Part shown: one piece after another, positions 11,850 through 23,800 of the stretch
Layout: each line of letters starts with the position of its first letter
Position numbering within the stretch: the first letter of the stretch is position 1
NCBI GenBank assembly: GCA_964016885.1
Contig: OZ024744.1
Coordinates: forward strand, 134,292,001-134,356,000
DNA: 64,000 bases
From: Eledone cirrhosa
Taxonomy: Eukaryota
Reading direction: 5' to 3'
Translations under genes and position numbers: made by a program
Notes under the pieces: model-generated
Database searches by the model: none
What the model was told of the DNA's origin: nothing
Seen by the model: only the letters and a program-made list of their open reading frames with translations

Positions 11850-14800
11850 GGGTTAAGTTAAGTTGGGGTTAAGTTAAGTTGGGGTTAAGTTAAGTCGGGG
11901 TTAAGTTAAGTTGGGGTTAAGTTAAGTTGGGGTTAATTTAAGTTGGGGTTAAGTTAAGTTGGGGTTAAGTTAAGTTGGGGTTAAATTAAGTTGGGGTTAA
12001 GTTAAGTTGGGGTTAAGTCAAGTTGGGGTTAAGTTAAGTTGGGGATAAGTTAAGTTGGGGATAATTTAAGTTGGGGTTAAGTTAAGTTGGGTTTAAGTTA
12101 AGTTGGGGTTAAGTTAAGTTGGGGTTAAGTTAAGTTGGGGTTAAGTTAAGTTGGGGTTAAGTTAAGTTGGGGTTAAGTTAAGTCGGGGTTAAGTTAAGTT
12201 GGGGTTAAGTTAAGTTGGGGTTAATTTAAGTTGGGGTTAAGTTAAGTTGGGGTCAAGTTAAGTTGGGGTTAAGTTGGGGTTAAGTTAAGTTAGGTTTAAG
12301 TTAAGTTGGGGTTAAGTTAAGTTGGGGTTAAGTTAAGTTTGGGTTAAGTTAAGTTGGGGTTAAGTTAAGTTGGGGTTAAGTTAATTTGTGGTTAAGTTAA
12401 GTTGGGGTTAAGTTAAGTTGGGGTTAAGTTAAGTTGGGGTTAAGTTAAATCGGGGTTAAGTTAAGTTGGGGTTAAGTTAAGTTGGGGTTAATTTAAGTTG
12501 GGGTTAAGTTAAGTTGGGGTTAAGTTAAGTTGGGGTTAAATTAAGTTGGGGTTAAGTTAAGTTGGGGTTAAGTCAAGTTGGGGTTAAGTTAAGTTGGGGA
12601 TAAGTTAAGTTGGGGATAATTTAAGTTGGGGTTAAGTTAAGTTGGGTTTAAGTTAAGTTGGGGTTAAGTTAAGTTGGGGTTAAGTTAAGTTGGGGTTAAG
12701 TTAAGTTGGGGTTAAGTTAAGTTGGGGTTAAGTTAAGTTGTGGCTAAGTTAAGTTGGGGCTGAGTTAAGTTGGGGTTAAGTTAAGTTGGGCTTAATTTAA
12801 GTTGGGGTTAAGTTAAGTTAGGGTTCAGTTAAGTTGGGGTTAAGTTAAGTTGGGGTTAAGTTAAGTTGGGGTTAAGTTAAGTCGGGGTTAAGTTAAGTTG
12901 GGGTTAAGTTAAGTTGGGGTTAAGTTAAGTCGGGGTTAAGTTAAGTTGGGGTTAAGTTAAGTTGGGGTTAATTTAAGTTGGGGTTAAGTTAAGTTGGGGT
13001 TAAGTTAAGTTGGGGTTAAGTTAAGATGGGGTTAATTTAAGTTGGGGTTAAGTTAAGTTGAGGTTAAGTTAAGTTGGGGTTAAATTAAGTTGGGGTTAAG
13101 TTAAGTTGGGGTTAAGTCAAGTTGGGGTTAAGTTAAGTTGGGGATAAGTTAAGTTGGGGATAATTTAAGTTGGGTTTAAGTTAAGTTGGGGTTAAGTTGA
13201 GTTGGGGTTAAGTTAAGTTGGGGTTAAATTAAGTTGGGGTTAAGTTAAGTTGGGGTTAAGTCAAGTTGGGGTTAAGTTAAGTTGGGGATAAGTTAAGTTG
13301 GGGATAATTTAAGTTGGGTTTAAGTTAAGTTGGGGTTAAGTTGAGTTGGGGTTAAGTTAAGTTGGGGTTAAGTTAAGTTGGGGTTAATTTAAGTTGGGGC
13401 TAAGTTAAGTTGGGACTGAGTTAAGTTGGGGTTAAGTTAAGTTGGGGTTAAGTTAAGTTGGAGTTTATTTAAGTTGGGGTTAAGTTAAGTTGGGGTTCAG
13501 TTAAGTTGGGGTTAAGTTAAGTTGGGGTTAAGATGGGGTTAAATTAAGTTGGGGTTAAGTTAAGTTGGGGTTAAGTTAAGTTGGGGTTAAGTTAAGTCGG
13601 GGTTAAGTTAAGTCGGGGTTAAGTTAAGTTAGGGTTCAGTTAAGTTGGGGTTAAGTTAAGTTGGGGTTGAGTTAAGTTGGGGTTGAGTTAAATTGGGGTT
13701 GAGTTAAGTTGGGGTTGAGTTAAGTTGGTGTTGAGTTAAGTTGGGGTTAAGTTAAGTTTGGGTTAAGTTAATTTGTGGTTAAGTTAAGTTGGGGTTAAGT
13801 TAAGTTGGGATTAAGTTAAGTTGGGGTTAAGTTAAGTTGGGGTTAAGTTAAGTTGGGGATAAGTTAAGTTGGGGATAATTTAAGTTGGGGTTAAGTTAAG
13901 TTGGGTTTAAGTTAAGTTGGGGTTAAGTTAAGTTGGGGATAAGTTAAGTTGGGGTTAAGTTAAGTTGGGGTTAAGTTAAGTTGGGGTTAATTAAGTTGGG
14001 GCTAAGTTAAGTTGGGGCTGAGTTAAGTTGGGGTTAAGTTAAGTTGGGGTTAAGTTAAGTTGGGGTTAATTTAAGTTGGGGTTTATTTAAGTTGGGGTTA
14101 AGTTAAGTTGGGGTTAAGATGGGGTTAAATTAAGTTGGGGTTAAGTTAAGTTGGGGTTAATTTAAGTTGGGGTTAAGTTAAGTTGGGGTTAAGTTAAGTC
14201 GGGGTTAAGTTAAGTCGGGGTTAAGTTAAGTTAGGGTTCAGTTAAGTTGGGGTTAAGTTAAGTTGGGGTTGAGTTAAGTTGGGGTTGAGTTAAGTTGGTG
14301 TTGAGTTAAGTTGGGGTTAAGTTAAGTTGGGGTTAAGTTAATTTGTGGTTAAGTTAAGTTGGGGTTAAGTTAAGTTGGGGTTAAGTTAAGTTGGGGGTAA
14401 GTTAAGTCGGGGTTAAGTTAAGTTGGGGTTGAGTTAAGTTGGGGTTAATTTAAGTTGGGGTTAAGTTAAGTTGGGGTTAAGTTAAGTTGGAGTTAAGTTA
14501 AGTTGGGGTTAAGTTAAGTTGGGGATAAGTTAAGTTGGGGATAATTTAAGTTGGGGTTAAGTTAAGTTGGGTTTAAGTTAAGTTGGGGTTAAGTTAAGTT
14601 GGGGATAAGTTAAGTTGGGGTTAAGTTAAGTTGGGGTTAAGTTAAGTTGGGGTTAAGTTAAGTTGGGGCTAAGTTAAGTTGGGGCTGAGTTAAGTTGGGG
14701 TTAAGTTAAGTTGGGGTTAAGTTAAGTTGGGGTTAATTTAAGTTGGGGTTTATTTAAGTTGGGGTTACGTTAAGTTGGTGTTAAGTTAAGTTGGGGTTAA

Positions 14801-17800
14801 TTTAAGTTGGGGTTAATTAAGTTGGGGTTAAGTTAAGTTGGGGTTAAGTTAAGTTGGGGTTAAGTTAAGTTGGGGTTAAGTTAAGTTGGGGTTAATTTAA
14901 GTTGGGGTTAAGTTAAGTTGGGGTTAAGTTAAGTTGAGGTTAAGTTAAGTTGGGGTTAAATTAAGTTGGGGTTAAGTTAAGTTGGGGTTAAGTTAAGTTG
15001 GGGTTAAGTTAAGTTGGGGATAAGTTAAGTTGGGGATAATTTAAGTTGGGGTTAAGTTAAGTTGGGGTTAAATAAAGTTGGGGTTAAGTTAAGTTGGGGT
15101 TAAGTTAAGTTGGGGTTAAGTTAAGTTGGGGATAAGTTAAGTTGGGGATAATTTAAGTTGGGGTTAAGTTAAGTTGGGTTTAAGTTAAGTTGGGGTTAAG
15201 TTAAGTTGAGGATAAGTTAAGTTGGGGTTAAGTTAAGTTGGGGTTAAGTTAAGTTGGGGTTAAGTTAAGTTGGGGCTAAGTTAAGTTGGGGATAAGTTAA
15301 GTTGGGGTTAAGTTAAGTTGAGGTTAAGTTAAGTTGGGGTTAAATTAAGTTGGGGTTAAGTTAAGTTGGGGTTAAGTTAAGTTGGGGTTAAGTTAAGTTG
15401 GGGATAAGTTAAGTTGGGGTTAAGTTAAGTTGGGGTTAAGTTAAGTTGGGGTTAAGTTAAGTTGGGGCTAAGTTAAGTTGGGGCTGAGTTAAGTTGGGGT
15501 TAAGTTAAGTTGGGGTTAAGTTAAGTTGGGGTTAATTTAAGTTGGGGTTTATTTAAGTTGGGGTTACGTTAAGTTGGTGTTAAGTTAAGTTGGGGTTAAT
15601 TTAAGTTGGGGTTAATTAAGTTGGGGTTAAGTTAAGTTGGGGTTAAGTTAAGTTGGGGTTAATTTAAGTTGGGGTTGAGTTAAGTTGGGGTTAAGTTAAG
15701 TTGGGGTTATATTAAGTTGGGGTTAAGTTACGTTGGGGTTCAGTTAAGTTGGGTATAAGTTAAGTTGGGGTTAAGTTAATTTGGGGTTAAGTTAAGTTGG
15801 GGTTAAGTTAAGTTGGGGTTAAGTTAAGTTGGGGTTAAGTTAAGTTGGTGTTAAGTTAAGTTGGGGCTAAGTTAAGTTGGGGCTGAGTTAAGTTGGGGCT
15901 GAGTTAAGTTGGGGTTAAGTTAAGTTGGGGTCAAGTTAAGTTGGGGTTAAGTTGGGGTTAAGTTAAGTTAGGTTTAAGTTAAGATGGGGTTATGTTAAGT
16001 TGGGGTTAAGTTAAGTTGGGCTTAAGTTAAGTCGGGGTTAAGTTAAGTTGGGGTTAAGTTAAGTTGGGGTTAATTTAAGTTGGGGTTAAGTTAAGTTGGG
16101 GTCAAGTTAAGTTGGGGTTAAGTTGGGGTTAAGTTAATTTGTGGTTAAGTTAAGTTGGGGTTAAGTTAAGTTGGGGTTAAGTTAAGTTGGGGTTAAGTTA
16201 AGTCGGGGTTAAGTTAAGTTGGGGTTAAGTTAAGTTGGGGTTAATTTAAGTTGGGGTTAAGTTAAGTTGGGGTCAAGTTAAGTTGGGGTTAAGTTGGGGT
16301 TAAGTTAAGTTAGGTTTAAGTTAAGTTGGGGTTAAGTTAAGTTGGGGTTAAGTTAAGTTGGGGTTAAGTTAAGTTGGGGTTAAGTTAATTTGTGGTTAAG
16401 TTAAGTTGGGGTTAAGTTAAGTTGGGGTTAAGTTAAGTTGGGGTTAAGTTAAGTCGGGGTTAAGTTGGGGTTAAGTTAAGTTGGGGTTAATTTAAGTTGG
16501 GGTTAAGTTAAGTTGGGGTTAAGTTAAGTTGGGGTTAAATTAAGTTGGGGTTATGTTAAGTTGGGGTTAAGTCAAGTTGGGGTTAAGTTAAGTTGGGGAT
16601 AAGTTAAGTTGGGGATAATTTAAGTTGGGGTTAAGTTAAGTTGGGTTTAAGTTAAGTTGGGGTTAAGTTAAGTTGGGGTTAAGTTAAGTTGGGGTTAAGT
16701 TAAGTTGGGGTTAAGTTAAGTTGGGGTTAAGTTAAGTTGGGGCTAAGTTAAGTTGGGGCTGAGTTAAGTTGGGGTTAAGTTAAGTTGGGCTTAATTTAAG
16801 TCGGGGTTAAGTTAAGTTAGGGTTCAGTTAAGTTGGGGTTAAGTTAAGTTGGGGTTAAGTTAAGTTGGGGTTAAGTTAAGTCGGGGTTAAGTTAAGTTGG
16901 GTTAAGTTAAGTTGGGGTTAAGTTAAGTCGGGGTTAAGTTAAGTTGGGGTTAAGTTAAGTTGGGGTTAATTTAAGTTGGGGTTAAGTTAAGTTGGGGTTA
17001 AGTTAAGTTGGGGTTAAGTTAAGATGGGGTTAATTTAAGTTGGGGTTAAGTTAAGTTGAGGTTAAGTTAAGTTGGGGTTAAATTAAGTTGGGGTTAAGGT
17101 AAGTTGGGGTTAAGTCAAGTTGGGGTTAAGTTAAGTTGGGGTTAAGATGGGGTTAAATTAAGTTGGGGTTAAGTTAAGTTGGGGTTAATTTAAGTTGGGG
17201 TTAAGTTAAGTTGGGGTTAAGTTAAGTCGGGGTTAAGTTAAGTCGGGGTTAAGTTAAGTTAGGGTTCAGTTAAGTTGGGGTTAAGTTAAGTTGGGGTTGA
17301 GTTAAGTTGGGGTTGAGTTAAATTGGGGTTGAGTTAAGTTGGGGTTGAGTTAAGTTGGTGTTGAGTTAAGTTGGGGTTAAGTTAAGTTGGGGTTACCTTA
17401 ATTTGTGGTTAAGTTAAGTTGGGGTTAAGTTAAGTTGGGGTTAAGTTAAGTTGGGGTTAAGTTAAGTCGGGGTTAAGTTAAGTTGGGGTTGAGTTAAGTT
17501 GGGGTTAATTTAAGTTGGGGTTAAGTTAAGTTGGGGTTAAGTTAAGTTGGGGTTAAGTTAAGTTGGGGTTAAGTTAAGTTGGGGTTAAGTTAAGTTGAGG
17601 TTAAGTTAAGTTGGGGTTAAATTAAGTTGGGGTTAAGTTAAGTTGGGGTTAAGTTAAGTTGGGGTTAAGTTAAGTTGGGGATAAGTTAAGTTGGGGATAA
17701 TTTAAGTTGGGGTTAAGTTAAGTTGGGTTTAAGTTAAGTTGGGGTTAAGTTAAGTTCGGGATAAGTTAAGTTGGGGTTAAGTTAAGTTGGGGTTAAGTTA

Positions 17801-20800
17801 AGTTGGGGTTAAGTTAAGTTGGGGCTAAGTTAAGTTGGGGCTGAATTAAGTTGGGGTTAAGTTAAGTTGGGGTTAAGTTAAGTTGGGGTTAATTTAAGTT
17901 GGGGTTTATTTAAGTTGGGGTTACGTTAAGTTGGTGTTAAGTTAAGTTGGGGTTAATTTAATTGGGGTTAATTAAGTTGGGGTTAAGTTAAGTTGGGGTT
18001 AAGTTAAGTTGGGGTTAATTTAAGTTGGGGTTGAGTTAAGTTGGGGTTAAGTTAAGTTGGGGTTATATTAAGTTGGGGTTAAGTTAAGTTGGGGTTCAGT
18101 TAAGTTGGGTATAAGTTAAGTTGGGGCTAAGTTAAGTTGGGGCTGAGTTAAGTTGGGGCTGAGTTAAGTTGGGGTTAAGTTAAGTTGGGGTCAAGTTAAG
18201 TTGGGGTTAAGTTGGGGTTAAGTTAAGTTAGGTTTAAGTTAAGATGGGGTTAAGTTAAGTTGGGGTTAAGTTAAGTTGGGGTTAAGTTAAGTCGGGGTTA
18301 AGTTAAGTTGGGGTTAAGTTAAGTTGGGGTTAATTTAAGTTGGGGTTAAGTTAAGTTGGGGTCAAGTTAAGTTGGGGTTAAGTTGGGGTTAAGTTAATTT
18401 GTGGTTAAGTTAAGTTGGGGTTAAGTTGGGGTTAAGTTAAGTTAGGTTTAAGTTAAGTTGGGGTTAAGTTAAGTTGGGGTTAAGTTAATTTGTGGTTAAG
18501 TTAAGTTGGGGTTAAGTTGGGGTTAAGTTAAGTTAGGTTTAAGTTAAGTTGGGGTCAAGTTAAGTTGGGGTTAAGTTGGGGTTAAGTTAAGTTAGGTTTA
18601 AGTTAATTTGGGGTTAAGTTAAGTTGGGGTTAAGTTAAGTTGGGGTTAAGTTAATTTGGGGTTAAGTTAATTTGTGGTTAAGTTAAGTTAGGGTTAAGTT
18701 AAGTTGGGGTTAAGTTAAGTTGGGGTTAAGTTAAGTCGGGGTTAAGTTAAGTTGGGGTTAAGTTAAGTTGGGGTTAATTTAAGTTGGGGTTAAATTAAGT
18801 TGGGGTTAAGTTAAGTTGGGGTTAAGTCAAGTTGGGGTTAAGTTAAGTTGGGGATAAGTTAAGTTGGGGATAATTTAAGTTGGGGTTAAGTTAAGTTGGG
18901 TTTAAGTTAAGTTGGGGTTAAGTTAAGTTGGGGTTAAGTTAAATTGGGGTTAAGTTAAGTTGGGGTTAAGTTAAGTTGGGGTTAAGTTAAGTTGGGGCTA
19001 AGTTAAGTTGGGGCTGAGTTAAGTTGGGGTTAAGTTAAGTTGGGCTTAATTTAAGTCGGGGTTAAGTTAAGTTAGGGTTCAGTTAAGTTGGGGTTAAGTT
19101 AAGTTTGGGTTAAGTTAAGTTGGGGTTAAGTTAAGTCGGGGTTAAGTTAAGTTGGGGTTAAGTTAAGTTGGGGTTAAGTTAAGTCGGGGTTAAGTTAAGT
19201 TGGGGTTAAGTTAAGTTGGGATTAATTTAAGTTGGGGTTAAGTTAAGTTGGGGTTAAGTTAAGTTGGGGTTAAGTTAAGATGGGGTTAATTTAAGTTGGG
19301 GTTAAGTTAAGTTGAGGTTAAGTTAAGTTGGGGTTAACTTAAGTTGGGGTTAAGTTAAGTTGGGGTTAAGTCAAGTTGGGGTTAAGTTAAGTTGGGGATA
19401 AGTTAAGTTGGGAATAATTTAAGTTGGGTTTAAGTTAAGTTGGGGTTAAGTTAAGTTGGGGTTAAGTTAAGTTGGGGTTAAGTTAAGTTGGGGTTAATTT
19501 AAGTTGGGGCTAAGTTAAGTTGGGACTGAGTTAAGTTGGGGTTAAGTTAAGTTGGGGTTAAGTTAAGTTGGGGTTAAGTTAAGTTGGAGTTTATTTAAGT
19601 TGGGGTTAAGTTAAGTTGGGGTTCAGTTAAGTTGGGGTTAAGTTAAGTTGGGGTTAAGATGGGGTTAAATTAAGTTGGGGTTAAGTTAAGTTGGGGTTAA
19701 TTTAAGTTGGGGTTAAGTTAAGTTGGGGTTAAGTTAAGTCGGGGTTAAGTTAAGTCGGGGTTAAGTTAAGTTAGGGTTCAGTTAAGTTGGGGTTAAGTTA
19801 AGTTGGGGTTGAGTTAAGTTGGGGTTGAGTTAAATTGGGGTTGAGTTAAGTTGGGGTTGAGTTAAGTTGGTGTTGAGTTAAGTTGGGGTTAAGTTAAGTT
19901 GGGGTTAAGTTAATTTGTGGTTAAGTTAAGTTGGGGTTAAGTTAAGTTGGGGTTAAGTTAAGTTGGGGTTATATTAAGTTGGGGTTAAGTTAAGTTGGGG
20001 TTCAGTTAAGTTGGGTATAAGTTAAGTTGGGGTTAAGTTAAGTTGGGGTTAAGTTAAGTTGGGGTTAAGTTAAGTTGGTGTTAAGTTAAGTTGGGGCTAA
20101 GTTAAGTTGGGGCTGAGTTAAGTTGGGGCTGAGTTAAGTTGGGGTTAAGTTAAGTTGGGGTCAAGTTAAGTTCGGGTTAAGTTGGGGTTAAGTGAAGTTA
20201 GGTTTAAGTTAAGATGGGGTTAAGTTAAGTTGGGGTTAAGTTAAGTTGGGGTTAAGTTAAGTCGGGGTTAAGTTAAGTTGGGGTTAATTTAAGTTGGGGT
20301 TAAGTTAAGTTGGGGTCAAGTTAAGTTGGGGTTAAGTTGGGGTTAAGTTAATTTGTGGTTAAGTTAAGTTGGGGTTAAGTTGGGGTTAAGTTAAGTTAGG
20401 TTTAAGTTAAGTTGGGGTTAAGTTAAGTTGGGGTTAAGTTAATTTGTGGTTAAGTTAAGTTGGGGTTAAGTTGGGGTTAAGTTAAGTTAGGTTTAAGTTA
20501 AGTTGGGGTCAAGTTAAGTTGGGGTTAAGTTAAGTTAGGTTTAAGTTAAGTTGGGGTTAAGTTAAGTTGGGGTTAAGTTAAGTTGGGGTTAAGTTAAGTT
20601 GGGGTTAAGTTAATTTGTGGTTAAGTTAAGTTGGGGTTAAGTTAAGTTGGGGTTAAGTTAAGTTGGGGTTAAGTTAAGTCGGGGTTAAGTTAAGTTGGGG
20701 TTAAGTTAAGTTGGGGTTAATTTAAGTTGGGGTTAAGTTAAGTTGGGGTTAAGTTAAGTTGGGGTTAAATTAAGTTGGGGTTAAGTTAAGTTGGGGTTAA

Positions 20801-23800
20801 GTCAAGTTGGGGTTAAGTTAAGTTGGGGATAAGTTAAGTTGGGGATAATTTAAGTTGGGGTTAAGTTAAGTTGGGTTTAAGTTAAGTTGGGGTTAAGTTA
20901 AGTTGGGGTTAAGTTAAGTTGGGGTTAAGTTAAGTTGGGGTTAAGTTAAGTCGGGGTTAAGTTAAGTTGGGGTTAAGTTAAGTTGGGGTTAAGTTAAGTC
21001 GGGGTTAAGTTAAGTTGGGGTTAAGTTAAGTTGGGGTTAATTTAAGTTGGGGTTAAGTTAAGTTGGGGTTAAGTTAAGTTGGGGTTAAGTTAAGATGGGG
21101 TTAATTTAAGTTGGGGTTAAGTTAAGTTGAGGTTAAGTTAAGTTGGGGTTAAATTAAGTTGGGGTTAAGTTAAGTTGGGGTTAAGTCAAGTTGGGGTTAA
21201 GTTAAGTTGGGGATAAGCTAAGTTGGGGATAATTTAAGTTGGGTTTAAGTTAAGTTGGGGTTAAGTTAAGTTGGGGTTAAGTTAAGTTGGGGTTAATTTA
21301 AGTTGGGGCTAAGTTAAGTTGGGACTGAGTTAAGTTGGGGTTAAGTTAAGTTGGGGTTAAGTTAAGTTGGGGTTAAGTTAAGTTGGAGTTTATTTAAGTT
21401 GGGGTTAAGTTAAGTTGGGGTTCAGTTAAGTTGGGGTTAAGTTAAGTTGGGGTTAAGATGGGGTTAAATTAAGTTGGGGTTAAGTTAAGTTGGGGTTAAT
21501 TTAAGTTGGGGTTAAGTTAAGTTGGGGTTAAGTTAAGTCGGGGTTAAGTTAAGTCGGGGTTAAGTTAAGTTAGGGTTCAGTTAAGTTGGGGTTAAGTTAA
21601 GTTGGGGTTGAGTTAAGTTGGGGTTGAGTTAAATTGGGGTTGAGTTAAGTTGGGGTTGAGTTAAGTTGGTGTTGAGTTAAGTTGGGGTTAAGTTAAGTTG
21701 GGGTTAAGTTAATTTGTGGTTAAGTTAAGTTGGGGTTAAGTTAAGTTGGGGTTAAGTTAAGTTGGGGGTAAGTTAAGTCGGGGTTAAGTTAAGTTGGGGT
21801 TGAGTTAAGTTGGGGTTAATTTAAGTTGGGGTTAAGTTAAGTTGGGGTTAAGTTAAGTTGGGGTTAAGTTAAGTTGGGGTTAAGTTAAGTTGAGGTTAAG
21901 TTAAGTTGGGGTTAAATTAAGTTGGGGTTAAGTTAAGTTGGAGTTAAGTTAAGTTGGGGTTAAGTTAAGTTGGGGATAAGTTAAGTTGGGGATAATTTAA
22001 GTTGGGGTTAAGTTAAGTTGGGTTTAAGTTAAGTTGGGGTTAAGTTAAGTTGGGGATAAGTTAAGTTGGGGTTAAGTTAAGTTGGGGTTAAGTTAAGTTG
22101 GGGTTAAGTCAAGTTGGGGTTAAGTTAAGTTGGGGATAAGTTAAGTTGGGAATAATTTAAGTTGGGTTTAAGTTAAGTTGGGGTTAAGTTAAGTTGGGGT
22201 TAAGTTAAGTTGGGGTTAAGTTAAGTTGGGGTTAATTTAAGTTGGGGCTAAGTTAAGTTGGGACTGAGTTAAGTTGGGGTTAAGTTAAGTTGGGGTTAAG
22301 TTAAGTTGGGGTTAAGTTAAGTTGGAGTTTATTTAAGTTGGGGTTAAGTTAAGTTGGGGTTCAGTTAAGTTGGGGTTAAGTTAAGTTGGGGTTAAGATGG
22401 GGTTAAATTAAGTTGGGGTTAAGTTAAGTTGGGGTTAATTTAAGTTGGGGTTAAGTTAAGTTGGGGTTAAGTTAAGTCGGGGTTAAGTTAAGTCGGGGTT
22501 AAGTTAAGTTAGGGTTCAGTTAAGTTGGGGTTAAGTTAAGTTGGGGTTGAGTTAAGTTGGGGTTGAGTTAAATTGGGGTTGAGTTAAGTTGGGGTTGAGT
22601 TAAGTTGGTGTTGAGTTAAGTTGGGGTTAAGTTAAGTTGGGGTTAAGTTAATTTGTGGTTAAGTTAAGTTGGGGTTAAGTTAAGTTGGGGTTAAGTTAAG
22701 TTGGGGTTATATTAAGTTGGGGTTAAGTTAAGTTGGGGTTCAGTTAAGTTGGGTATAAGTTAAGTTGGGGTTAAGTTAAGTTGGGGTTAAGTTAAGTTGG
22801 GGTTAAGTTAAGTTGGTGTTAAGTTAAGTTGGGGCTAAGTTAAGTTGGGGCTGAGTTAAGTTGGGGCTGAGTTAAGTTGGGGTTAAGTTAAGTTGGGGTC
22901 AAGTTAAGTTGGGGTTAAGTTGGGGTTAAGTGAAGTTAGGTTTAAGTTAAGATGGGGTTAAGTTAAGTTGGGGTTAAGTTAAGTTGGGGTTAAGTTAAGT
23001 CGGGGTTAAGTTAAGTTGGGGTTAATTTAAGTTGGGGTTAAGTTAAGTTGGGGTCAAGTTAAGTTGGGGTTAAGTTGGGGTTAAGTTAATTTGTGGTTAA
23101 GTTAAGTTGGGGTTAAGTTGGGGTTAAGTTAAGTTAGGTTTAAGTTAAGTTGGGGTTAAGTTAAGTTGGGGTTAAGTTAATTTGTGGTTAAGTTAAGTTG
23201 GGGTTAAGTTGGGGTTAAGTTAAGTTAGGTTTAAGTTAAGTTGGGGTCAAGTTAAGTTGGGGTTAAGTTAAGTTAGGTTTAAGTTAAGTTGGGGTTAAGT
23301 TAAGTTGGGGTTAAGTTAAGTTGGGGTTAAGTTAAGTTGGGGTTAAGTTAATTTGTGGTTAAGTTAAGTTGGGGTTAAGTTAAGTTGGGGTTAAGTTAAG
23401 TTGGGGTTAAGTTAAGTCGGGGTTAAGTTAAGTTGGGGTTAAGTTAAGTTGGGGTTAATTTAAGTTGGGGTTAAGTTAAGTTGGGGTTAAGTTAAGTTGG
23501 GGTTAAATTAAGTTGGGGTTAAGTTAAGTTGGGGTTAAGTCAAGTTGGGGTTAAGTTAAGTTGGGGATAAGTTAAGTTGGGGATAATTTAAGTTGGGGTT
23601 AAGTTAAGTTGGGTTTAAGTTAAGTTGGGGTTAAGTTAAGTTGGGGTTAAGTTAAGTTGGGGTTAAGTTAAGTTGGGGTTAAGTTAAGTCGGGGTTAAGT
23701 TAAGTTGGGGTTAAGTTAAGTTGGGGTTAAGTTAAGTCGGGGTTAAGTTAAGTTGGGGTTAAGTTAAGTTGGGGTTAATTTAAGTTGGGGTTAAGTTAAG

